Assembly: GCA_030704615.1 (NCBI GenBank)
Contig: CM060733.1
Location: 16,492,001-16,556,000 of the forward strand
Length of the DNA: 64,000 nucleotides
Direction: 5' to 3'
Origin: Takakia lepidozioides
Lineage: Eukaryota > Plantae > Bryophyta
Below the pieces are notes generated by a model. That model saw only the letters and a program-made list of their open reading frames with translations, did not search any database and had not been told where the DNA came from. Below are positions 36,430 through 48,003 of this stretch, piece by piece. Position 1 is the stretch's first letter, and each line of letters starts with the position of its first letter. The translations under genes were made by a program, and so were the position numbers.

Positions 36430-36830
36430 TAGAACATGGACAAATGCAACACACCCAAAGACGCGCAAATGATCAATTGAAGGCTTCTCACCCTTCTAAA
36501 CCTCTTCAGGTGTCTTTGTAGAGATTGCCTTAGTAGGAAGTCGATTTTGGAGATATGGTATAGTCGCTACTGTTTCTGCCCAAAAACGCTGGTCCAACCT
36601 CATGTGTTACAACATATACCTCATACTTCCAACAAATATTCGATTCTTCCTCTCTACAACTCCATTCTGCTCTGGCATCTATGGTGTGGTTGATTGTTTC
36701 ACAATACCATTCTCCTTACACAATTGATAATTAAAATCCTTTGAGATGTACTCATCACCGCCATCACACCGAAGTGTTTTGATCTCCAGTTTGATTCTTC
36801 ACCATGTTTTCTTTCAAAACTGATACATAA
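36430..36830 (-). pseudogene. Ty1/copia integrase fragment
   Basis: IKTLRCDGGDEYIS; FWAETVATIPYLQNRLPT..TPEEV*KGEKPSIDHLRVFGCVAFVHV. Confidence 0.85.
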
Positions 36831-38086
36831 ATTGGTCTATGCTTCTTTAGCAATTTTAGCACGTGCAACATGATGAAATATTGAAGCAACCACATTCAAC
36901 AACATAGTTCCTCGAGCTAACTTATCTTTCTTCTCAAAAAGTCATTGATTACGACGTCTGATCCATGCGGCTATGATCTCTCCATCTTTAGGCTGCACTT
37001 GAACGGGGGGTGCTATTCTGTGAGCCCAAGAAACCGTAAGCCCAGCACAGGCTCACGCCACGTCAGCATGCATATAGGGCATATTTTCGTGGGTGTCACC
37101 TATTACCGCGGGTTGATCAGCCATTTCCAGGGAATGCAGACTGGATGTGTTGTATCCATTGTATCCATCCTTTCTATCCATTGCATCCATTTAGACGTTA
37201 TCAACATACCAAGCCCCTGCATTGGAATGTGCCTACGTCGTGAGCAGGTGCACACTCACATCATCCAAAGCGGATCCCTGCGAAATATTTTCTTACTCAC
37301 CACCCTTGCGAACATGCCAGGTGGGAGCATCATGGATGCTCACCAAAATTGAGAATGCATGAACGCTCTTTGATCACGTGGACTTTATCATGATGGATTT
37401 ACCAAACATTCTTCTAGCATGAATGGTTTGGAGACCAACGAGTAAATGATGCGAGAATGCTCTATCCGAACCAAAGACGCTTGTTTGTTTTTGCAATGCA
37501 CACAAGCCTGTGAGCTCCGCAAAACACTAAATAGATTGAAGGAACAATCCGGGCAGTCCATGCAACCCCCATCTCCAACGATAGTTTGTTCCCATGAATT
37601 TGCATCCCACGCACACATTGCAAACATGACAACCTTACACACAACCATCCCATTTCAAAATTGGCCCCGAATGAAAGCAAAAGAAAACTTCATATCAAGT
37701 GTTACAGTCATCAGAATCAGTATCGACCTCCTGTGCTATATCATCCACAAAGATTCCGGCCCCAACACCACGTCTTCTACCACGGCCGTCGATGGTTGGA
37801 CTGCGAGTGCCATGAATGGACATGCTTGCTGCGAGTGCCTCCGCATAGACAGGTAGGACGTAAGACTGAGGAGGATTTGAAAGAAGTCCAAAAAGGTGTG
37901 ATAGCCCTGGAGGGTCAGTGGAAGCACGCGGACTCCTGCACAAATGGACAAAAACCAATTTTGAACACAATGATGCAATGCACAAGTCCAACGAAGAGGA
38001 TATCTCCTATGTGCACTTTGCCTTAAGAACAGTGATTCTGGGTATTGAAACAACAATGCAAGCATCCATAGGTTGAACTTACTCAC

Positions 38087-40530
38087 AGGCAAAGTCGTCA
38101 TCCAGCTCCTTGTTGGAAGTCTCTCCTGTATCAATATCAGCGGGTAGGGGCTTCGGAAAGACTTGAGAGTGTGTCCACCCAAACCCATCAGGAGGTTCTT
38201 GTAAATCTCGGCATCCCCTTCAATCCCAAAGAGATGTCGCGCACTGGCCTTGCAAGCGTGGTATGAGGCACCTACAGTGGAATACAATGAAGGAAACAGA
38301 CATTGAGGAATAGTGGGAAGAGCTGAAAGTGCAAGGTCAAACAAACCTCATGAAATGTGAATGTTGAAGAGACGAACCTGTGCCCATTGACAAATCCAGA
38401 ACTCTGGCGTCTGTGTAGGTGCAGCACTCCACAATCGTCTGAATGAAAGCTGGGCTCCTCTCCCTGGCCCCTCTCCAAGGAACCCATTCCCCCTTCGCAA
38501 GCACACGTTGTTGTCCACGTAGTTGTGGTGCATGTCATCCGTGGGAGGATCTGTCCTCTCGTCTATGAACTTGCCCCCATGAGTGATAGCGAACTCCCTA
38601 ATGACGGCTGGAGTCGTAGGTGGATGCACTCGGACGAGACAAACAGCTTCAAACAAACGAGTCTGCGAACAGGACATACACAAGGAACTAGAAAGCTTGA
38701 AAACCAGGCCCCTACATATTCATTTGAGCGACTTATGCAACTCCATCCGAGAACCACCAAGAAGAGGAATAAGAAGGCAGATTTATCATCTCTTCGGGAC
38801 GATCCCCCTTCGTCAGGTACATGTTGTTCACACAATTCCATGTCTTCATGACCCTCATACCGGAGGCTTTCAAGTAGCTGGCAAGTGCACGGCGACAGCG
38901 AAGGTCGATGGACTGGATGAGCACCAAAACACCTGCATCGGACAGAAAGAAATTGCAAAAGGAGAAAATCCACCGCTAGTAGCGCTCATCAAAAGCATTC
39001 CAACCTGGACAAGCACCCGATGGAGGGACATCCGGGACTGGCAACCCATCAGGGATGTCCAAGATGATGAGTTCGGCTGCATATGGCTTCTCCTTCCCGT
39101 TCACCCAGGATTTGGTCATTTTAGCCTGCAAACAAGCATGCAATGGAATGCTCAAGAGGATTGAAACGATCCATGCACACAATAGACAAGAAGCAAAAGA
39201 CAACACGCACCGTGCCGATGAACTCCACAATCCTCTCCCACACTGGTGATGGTTCGCCCTTGTAATCAGATTTCTTGGACTCCATCATGGCAATGAACCC
39301 GACGTTGGCCATCTCCAACTTGGTAGGGCGAATGACCCTCGTGGGATGCTTCACTGCATGGTACGGGTCCTTGGGATCAACCACCCCCTTGTTCTTTCTC
39401 CCGGATCCCCTACCATGCGGTGGAGTCTGCTGGACAACCACCAGAGGGCCAGTATCTGCAACACTTCCCTGCCCACTTACCTGCCCTTGTGCCCCCTTCC
39501 CCCTACCCCTTCCTTTCCCCACACCACCAGCAATATCCTTTCCCTTTGCCTTTCTACCTTTACCCGGTGTATCCTGAGCGGGAGGCTCCTTCTCTGCAAG
39601 AGTCCTCAAATTTCTCTCATGAATGTCGAGGTCGGCTGCTGCGGCGGTAGCTGCTATACGCTCATTCTCTCTCCTCAAAGACACCTCCTGAGCTGGGGTC
39701 TCTGAAGCAGGTACCAACCACAAGCAGAAAGATGGTCTGGGCCCCAGTCATGCAAGATCCCCGTAGTAAACATGGTCTGGTTGCCAGCAGGGACATGCCA
39801 AAGGTCCACGAAATCAGGATGTTTGTCCAAGCAGTTCTCTGCCATTTATGTACCTGCAGGAACAGAGATAACCTCATTATGCAATGCAAATATTGTCTCC
39901 CAGCTTTTCCACCCCATCGCGAAGACCCCCTAAAAGAGTATGCGACACATTACACTCCACCACAAACTCATATGAGCCAGCCAAAAACAGGTTGGATGGA
40001 GGAGATTGTGTCTATGCAAAACAAAGAAGCACAGTCCATTTCGCACCTGTAAAGGCATCGTTTCCAGGCTTCCTCTCCTTTCTCTTGCTGGTCAAGCTCA
40101 TTTGTTCGACTGATGCCAGCATCCTTGCTGAACTCTCTGAAGAAACAAGATTGCCACACTGTGGCTCTCCATTTCCTCATGTATGCTTTGAATGAGACCT
40201 TCGGTTCTGTCATGGTGATCCCATAGTCAGCCAGCTGCGTATGTAGAACCGACCGGGCCCTTTCCTCCAACTGCAGACCAATACAGAAGCAAGAATGAAC
40301 ACAAAAACAATCACACCCATCCTTTTTTCCACTATCTGGTTATTTCTGAGGCCAATATCAATATTATCTTCGGCGTCCGTCTCTCCCTCGGATTCAGTCT
40401 CCTCCTCACCTGTTCTTGGAAGTATGGCGGGCTGCTGTTCTTCTGCAGATTCCTGCTCTTCCATCGCCAGACTTTCCTCTTTGCCCTCTTCTTCCTCCTT
40501 TTCCTCTTCGTCTACTCTTTCCATCCTCAT
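38087..40530 (-). pseudogene. Accessory gene, copy 2: MTase-like exons kept, ParB exons absent
   Basis: YAAELIILDIPDG..WNAFDERY; ARVLDLSMGTG|ASYHACKASARHLFGIEGD; YMRKWR..CFFREFSKD. The acidic exon 1 (40320-40530) adjoins the exon at 40270. Confidence 0.85.
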
Positions 40531-41496
40531 TCTATATCTGGCTCTATTCCTATCCCTAGTGCTTGTGAAGTATAACGACTACCTTCTCTTCCTCCTCCGG
40601 TGGAAATAAGGGCTCCCTACGCTGCCTCTGGAGCTCTCCAGTTTGACGTTTGCAACAAGCGTTGCTATGGCATGTAACCAAAGTAAAAATTGGACATTGT
40701 TAACCGTATTTGGATGCGGGTGTCATCATTGTGTGCGAACGGAATTCATCCATTTCGGCGTCTTTGTATTATCCAAGAAATAAAGTGGTAGAAAAAAAGT
40801 AGATCCGTTGCATGTACTTGTGATATATGTCAGATGTACTTCGCCGCCTACCAATACATGACAGCCTTCTTGCATTCTTTGAAATTCGGAAGTGCCGTAA
40901 AAATCTAATGCTAGTTCAATTTCGAGCAGTACTTGCAGATTCGCAATAATTGTTATGCTTCACATATGCGTCCACGTGTGTTGTACTGCCTACCCTGCGG
41001 TTTGCATTTCGCCGTCACCGTCGCAATGGGGTCATTCGGTATAAAGGGTTGTGTCGGCAATGGTCATATGTTGCACACACTCATGCGAGGTGTCTCCCGG
41101 AGTGTCAGTGTTTGTGCTGTGCTCTTCTGGCACAACACAACCTCAATAGATTCGGGGTCTTCCTCTTTACTGCTCTCCAGGGTTGTTGTCGTCTTTCCAT
41201 AATGGATGATTTTATGTCATGTTCAGGGTTTGTTTTTCATCCAAATACAGCATGACTTCTTGTGGCTTCTTGTCTTAGAAAACAGTTTTTCTGGTTGGTG
41301 TCTCTCAGTGTGGCTGTCTGCGAAGTTCGGTGCATGTCATTCCTACATCCTTTGCATATGCATCGCCCGCAGTCTTTGGGTCAGTGCTACCCTTTTTTAC
41401 CTCAGTTTGTTTGGGGTGGATCCCCTTTCGAGAATTACGGACTATTAGTTCGGGGATTCCTCTGTGAATCGCAACTTTCTGTCAGTGTACGAAAAC

Positions 41497-44400
41497 ATGT
41501 CCAGGGAGCGAGATAGACTCGCTCGATTTCACTCCAATGCAGGTAGTCTTCCACTGACTGCCACTGTAGATAACGATGGGTTTGCAATTGTTCATGAGGA
41601 TGAGCTGGTTACAATGTTCCCTCTGGAATTGGGTTCTCTGCTTGTTCAAAAAGAGGTGTATGACGAGGATGGGAATTTGGATTCTGGGCACTTGGAGAAA
41701 CCATTGGTTGGCGAGTGTGGAAGGAAGTGGAGAGTCCTTCCAGGCACATACCGGGTCCTTGGAAAAGAGAGAAGACCATCAACAAGATCAGTAGTTACCC
41801 CTGGCACTGCAGCATCGGTCGTGCAGCAGAAGGGCACAGTTCATGTGAAACAAGAGGTGAGCACATCCACTACATTCGTGACTCTTTCAGACTCGTCCTC
41901 GGAGGATGTTTTTGAGATTCCTCTGCCAATGCAGACTCCATTCTTGGATGATGACGAGTTGCAGGAGATAACGAGTGTCATTCCGAAATTGAAAACCCTC
42001 GCAGGGGTGCCTGGGTGCAAGAGCGAGCTGCGTTTTGTTGATTGGGAGTCTTTTCGTGTGCAGCGGGTTCAATACGTGCCAGCAGAGTTTGATGGGGACA
42101 TCTTGTTTGAGCTCAACCCTCCCACGTCTTCTAGTGGACTAGCTGGGCTTCTGCAGGGCATGGACAAGAAACATGACGGACACCCTTGGTGCAGGACAAA
42201 AACGTCGAACATCCACAACGACATTGGATTGAAATTTCGAAGGCCGGTCTGCGTTGGGCATTGTAAGTGCGTGAATATTTCTTGCCCTCGCCTGAGAAAC
42301 AACGCTAAACCAAACGAAAGTGAGTGGGAAGGTGTGCCCCTGAATCCTTTCACCCCAGGGCTTGTCCCTCCCAAGACCAATACTTTTGTGTGCAGGTTCT
42401 GCAAACTTTCCCCGTCTTGTGTTTCTGTGTGCCACGCTCGTATGTACCAGATGGCACACCGATGCAAGACAATGACTCGTGCCTGCATTCATATGGGTAC
42501 ACACGAGCATCCTATGTCCAAAGGAAGTTGCAGGGATAGCATGGACATCGTTAGAAATCTACTGAAGCAGGAGTTCCACAATGCCCCTTCTGCAACACCT
42601 TCTGCTATAGCGCTTGCAGCTAGCAAGGCATTCCTGGAAAAACACATACTGGGTGAAGGGGATGCGACACAACCAATGCTGGATGCAGATTCGCTTGAGG
42701 CAGTGATACACCATTTCTCCGTGTTGAGCTCTCCCAATATTCGAAACTAGGTGAATGCACTTAGAATGGGCACAGGCACTGCTGGATTCATGGACAACAT
42801 TATGGACCTCAAATGGAGGAGTCGCTATGAATTCATTCAAAACAGTATCTTCCCTGGCCAGGGCTCGTCCAAGGTGTATTTGTTCAAGATGTCCACAGTG
42901 GGCGAAGGCAGTGGTGTGAGCATTGTCCGCCGAATGCAACCTGGAGGAGATTTGGCAAAATATTGGTTAATGTTTGATCACTGCAAACGGGTGAAGGGTT
43001 GGACAACCATGGCGTGCCATGTGTACGATCCAGCGTACCAACGTGTGCTCTCCATAGCAATTTGTGATATGTAGTCGGAGGACACTGAATCCCAGATACT
43101 CATGTGGAATTTGCTCCTGGCCGTCATGCAGCGCAATGGAATACAAAACACAAATTTTGCGGGCTTCATGGCTGATAGTGCACAGGCAAATTTCAATGCA
43201 GTGCGACGCGTGTTTGGTTCGGGGGATCCTAAGGTCCCAATGGAAAATGGGGAACGCACATGCCTCTTCCATTGGAGTCAATCTCTGGCATGTCATACAA
43301 AGCGCTGCATTCGCCCTGACCTTCAGTTGGAGCACAGAAGGCTCTGCCTCAAGTACAAAAATGCCACCTCAATGGGAGAAGCTGAGAGCACTTACCAAGC
43401 AATCCGGGCTTGGTGGTTCTCCTCTGGTGCTGCTACTGGTATCCACCTGAAGGAGTTGGAGGACTGGTTGGTTTTCTGGCACTTCAAGTACAGACAATGG
43501 GGAGCTTTCATGACGACGATAAGCCTCTTCAATCCCAGAAACACAAATTTCACTTTGCATCATGCCTGTTCATTTGGGGTTGTTGGATTGTCACTTGCAG
43601 AACCTCTTCTATTTCTTTTCGTTCCTTACATTTCCATGCAATGCCTCCTGCAAGACATGTCCTTGGAGGACTTGGCTGACATGCCATCCTGTAATTTGGC
43701 GGAAACTGTTCACAACGCCTGGATGCAGCAGTCTACCAAAGCAGGACGTGACTTGTATGTGGCCACTGCTGATGACATGGTGCGGGCACTTACACAACAA
43801 ACCAGGTACCGCAATTTTCTGATGGGACGGGGCAGAGGCAAGGGCCCTGATACAACTTTGTTGATGCTAAGGGCTGCGAGTAGGTCCGGAGACCCATCGA
43901 AGATGACCAGAGCTCTGAGCAGATGCACTGAAAGCTCCCCTTTGCAATCCAAGCTCCCCCATTGGGAAGGCGAGGAAAGATTTGGATCATGCAAAAGGAA
44001 ATTGAACACTCCTCCAGGGTCGGATGGAGATTCCCATCGGCCGGACAGGGTCAATTTCTCTGTACTAAGGGTGTCTCCAGTGCAGACTAAGTCGTGTGCC
44101 CGCCCCTTCCCAGGTGGGTCCTCCTCTAGTGGAGCAGGTGCAGATCATGCAAGCACAGCAGCAGGAATCCCATTGGAGGAGGTGGTGGCCATGGTGCATG
44201 AATCTGATTGCATTGATAGTGAGTGGCATATAGTATGCACCCCACTAGGATCTAGAGTGGCTTGCATGGCAATTCGGACCCCCTCTTTCAAGAAATGCAA
44301 ATCAAAAATATGCAAAGGCTCCAGGGGAACTCCAGCTCCAACATTCACAGGGTTGTTCCGACCTTTATCATAGTGGGGAGTCAAAGGACCACAAGTTCTG

Positions 44401-44664
44401 ATTCTGCCCAGATGATATGGCACGATGCGTCAAGGGAACAGTTCGTCCTTCGGTGATAATGAAGCCCCTCCCCCCACAATTTGGCCTGTGAAACTTGGGA
44501 CGGTGCTGTCATCAACCGAGATAAGCATGCTGGAGGAGGGAGGGTTCTGTCTTGCACGGTCCCGGGTGGTGCCCTCATGCACTGTCGGCACATATGTGCC
44601 ACATGCTCCGGCAATGCCTCCACCCGGTGCCAACTCCCACCCAACAAAAAGAGATGAAAAATAG
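41497..44664 (+). pseudogene. MULE transposase, copy 2 (stops at 42748, 43072, 44371; truncated)
   Basis: Colinear with 11582-14710: DGHPWCRTKTSN, MFDHCKR, FMADSAQ, CLFHW, CNLAETVHN. Confidence 0.92.
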
Positions 44665-45156
44665 TGCGCCGTGTATACTGCAATAAATAGCAGTACTGAT
44701 AAGTCACAGTTAACAATAGAGATAAATCTCAGTTAGCTAAAGTTAGCTTGACTCAAGTCAGTGTACCGGAATAGCAGTTGCAGATAAAGCATGGTTTTAT
44801 ACTATAGTTATCTCAGCTATACTTGGAATAGACTTTGAGTATAAATAGAAGCTCGGAGGGATACACAACATGTTGTGATCCTATGGTTGGGTGGATAGTT
44901 CTCATTTATCAATTTATCTTTTTATCTCTATTCTCTGTCAAATTCCAACGTGTTGTGGGTGATGTCAATGAAATCTTCATCATTGAAAAAAAAAAACGTG
45001 GTTCATTCGTGAATAGTGATATGTATACTTAAAATAAAAAATAAAAAATAAAACACTTGGGAACAACAGCTCATAAATTAGGCCCCCTCAATTATAGTGA
45101 GAGATGACAACCAAGTTGTAGCCTAATGGTAATAGGTACATACCAGAGAGAGAGAT

Positions 45157-45230
45157 GACTCCGGCCGAAACCGACATAACTAAGAGCCACTTCGCCTTGC
45201 GGCTAATGCCCCTTTTCAGGGGTGGGCCCT
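45157..45230 (-). repeat. Short copy of the structured LINE 3' tail
   Basis: Matches 45959-46024 and 56370-56443. Confidence 0.8.
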
Positions 45231-45434
45231 ATGGGGTACATACCACCTCGGAGGTGGTTGTGGGTTCAATCTACCGATTGATGTCACAAAAGTATCCATC
45301 TTATTGTTGGAAGGTAGTAGCCCTTAGTGGTCAAGAGACACCATAATTGACGTTTCATTTGGGAGGCGTTAGATATAGATATATGAGAGGAGAAAATAAC
45401 CTTGTTGTGATTAAGGCTTGCTGATGGGATACCG

Positions 45435-45540
45435 CTCAAGGGAAGGGGGAAGAACATACCCACCCAACAATGTAGCAGGATTTTGACCCAGGGTCATCAT
45501 CCGGGTGGCACACCGTGTACTATCCAACTGAGCTACTAAC
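45435..45540 (-). mobile_element. tRNA-derived SINE head, second copy
   Basis: Reverse complement tagctcagttgg..gggtcaaaatcc; similar to 32610-32724. Confidence 0.65.
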
Positions 45541-45958
45541 TCGTGGATATGAAATATACTTTTTGAGTTGCTCGTTGGTCACGTGATGGCTCATATTGTT
45601 TTAAAAATGTTTTATTTACCTTTTTATTTTGACTCATCTACTATCCTTTTTTTGGACAAAATCCTAGTGACGACCTTTAGGTCAAAGCTGGTTTGGCGTT
45701 AATGACCATAGGGCCCATTACTAGTTGTCAATGTTTTCGCTGCAGAGATGTCAATTCCAGAAAACACTCAACAATTTTTAGAAAAAAAACTTTATAAACG
45801 TTTAAAATATCATCTTTTCCCAATGTAATCATTAGGGATAACTGTACCATAGCTCTGATAAAGGAGTGAGGCTTAGGAGTTCCGCATAAGTGGCACGCCA
45901 CTCTATGCTTCCCATTCATGAATAGGGATACAATGGTGCCACCCATATGCAGAGAGAA

Positions 45959-46024
45959 GACTCCGGCCAAAGCCGACGTAACTGAGAGCCACTTTGCCTT
46001 GCGGCTGCTGCCCCAAGTCGGGGC
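45959..46024 (-). repeat. Short copy of the structured LINE 3' tail
   Basis: gactccggccaaagccgacgtaactgagagccactttgccttgcggc. Confidence 0.75.
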
Positions 46025-46374
46025 TGTACCCATATGCATTGTTGGGTACTTCTCTCAAAGAGATGGGTTGCCACTTTTAAACAAAATAATCTGAAATCAT
46101 AGCTCTGAAGAAGGAGAGAGGGAGCTACGCATAACTAGTGTCGGGTCATACTTCCTGTTCGCATATATCTTGTCACTGTTAGTGCGGAGGCAATGCAAAG
46201 CCTAGTTTTGTTGGAAAAATAAAATGTAATACTTGAAAGTAAATATGAAACCTAGAAATAAAATACCTTTTGACCCTTGCGTCATGCCGATAGTTAAAAA
46301 AAAATTGAAAAATAAGAGAGAAATCAGGCTGAAGGCATACAAAGTAAATGGAGCTAAATATAATGGAATTGAAT

Positions 46375-46375
46375 C

Positions 46376-46406
<31 letters not shown>

Positions 46407-46675
46407 CTCACTTTTCCAAAATCGCCACAAAGGCTACATGTAAATTCTACCCGGTGCCCATGTGGCGAGAATAACGAGGTGGCAGGGTTAGAAAAGTGGC
46501 TATATAGCAGGTGTCACATTTTAACAGGTCCATGTATGAAAATTCTGGCTCCTGATATTGAACCATTGGCGCTTTCTGGCTTTTTTATTTTTACTCCCAT
46601 AATTCCTTTATAAAAGTAGCCGACCCCTTTTCCAGGTCCAAATCTGGCGATTTTTTGCCAGATTTAAAAACATTG
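46375..46675. mobile_element. hAT-like MITE
   Basis: CAGTTTTT..AAAAACATTG termini; perfect 8-bp TSD AATTGAAT at 46367-46374 and 46676-46683. Confidence 0.88.
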
Positions 46676-48003
46676 AATTGAATATACTCGCATTCAAGGA
46701 GAAGACTATGCACCAATTTGATCTTATTGACGTACCTTCCCCAAGTAGAACTTCTTGGCTTTATAATTATTGATGAAGCACTACAAGAACAAGTAGAAGA
46801 GTGTGTTACAGAACATAATCCTCATTTTTTTTCCCTCTAATTTTTTGTTTCCAATGAAACACAGCCCCAGCAACTGGGCAGTGCAGGGAATATAAACCCT
46901 CTTTCTGAGCCATGGAGGCATTACAAGGGCCAGCCAGAAGGCAGAAGGGGTTTGAATCCCTGACCCACACAGGCCAATATACGAGTGGCGTACTGCCGGG
47001 CGCTCACAGCCCCCTAATAATTCCTTCATTCAATGTGAACCTAATAAGGCTAATTCGATTTCAGGAAATAAGAAATAACTCAACCGAAAATACAAAGGAT
47101 TTGTTAAATCCTTTATGTGTTTTCTGTTTTTGGTTTGTTTTTGAAAAAGGGGAGGAAGCCCTTGAAGATGAAATTATGATTTTGTTTTTGAAATTATGAT
47201 TTCAATCCTTCCCCTTTTAATTTATTGTTATTTATGAAAAAACTCCAGTCAAATGCGAGCCTGTCAGCCGTCACTGCTTTATGGACTTTTTGGGTATTTG
47301 GTCGATTTTTGAAAATATATTAAAAGATGGATGAAAAATGTAATAATGGATGCGAAACGCTCACCTGAGCCGATCACGTGTTCCAGTGTGCAGCTACTTG
47401 TCCGACTTCATCCGTGCGGTGGAGAGCTGGTAGATCTCAGCCGCTGAGTCAGAAAGATACAACATGTACGCAAAAGTGGCCGTGGTGAGAGTGTATGTAG
47501 AGAGATGGCCTGTTGAAGCTCTTCGTTCTTCACCAGATTGGAGGTCCCTGTCGTGGGAGCAGCAGACATCGGCTACGAGATCGCAGTTGGTAAGTCTTGG
47601 CAGCATTCCATTCTGCAGCCTTGTTTCACTGTTTTCTGATCTCTATATGTAGGCCCTTGTCAGTGTGTAGGAAAAAGTGGATAGCAGATATTGCGAGGGA
47701 TTTGTCCCGTGCGTCAAGGCAGAAGCGGACTATCCTGATAAGTAGCCTAGCATTGAGATTTTGATCACGTGGCGCTCTTTACAATGTTTTACCCTTTCGT
47801 TTTGATGGAGCCTCGTTAAGGCTAGCTATACTTTGGTTTTGGAGATTTGGTTGAGGTGACAGGCTGTTTTACTTGGTGGTTTTTTCCGTTCTTTGCTCTG
47901 GATCTTCTTGTTCGTCTGGCTGTTTGCGACACTTAATATTGCATTTTCTTCTCGGTTTCGGGTTTCTGCCACAGAAATCTGAGGGAGCGACAAGGCCGCA
48001 GCC

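Larger units (their letters stand above)
37004..44670. mobile_element. Second, diverged member of the same MULE family; right end and SWIM finger missing
   Basis: Left end ggggtgc..gtgagc plus gctcacgccacgtca at 37051; same divergent two-gene layout; similarity to copy 1 stops at ~44670. Confidence 0.88.

Noticed and set aside
44672-44950. Solo LTR truncating MULE copy 2
   Set aside because: Starts with TG and has a TATA-like motif, but there is no clean CA end, TSD or second copy.
45157-45230. Canonical hammerhead or HDV-like ribozyme
   Set aside because: Lacks the CUGANGA/GAAA core, and I could not build the HDV nested pseudoknot.
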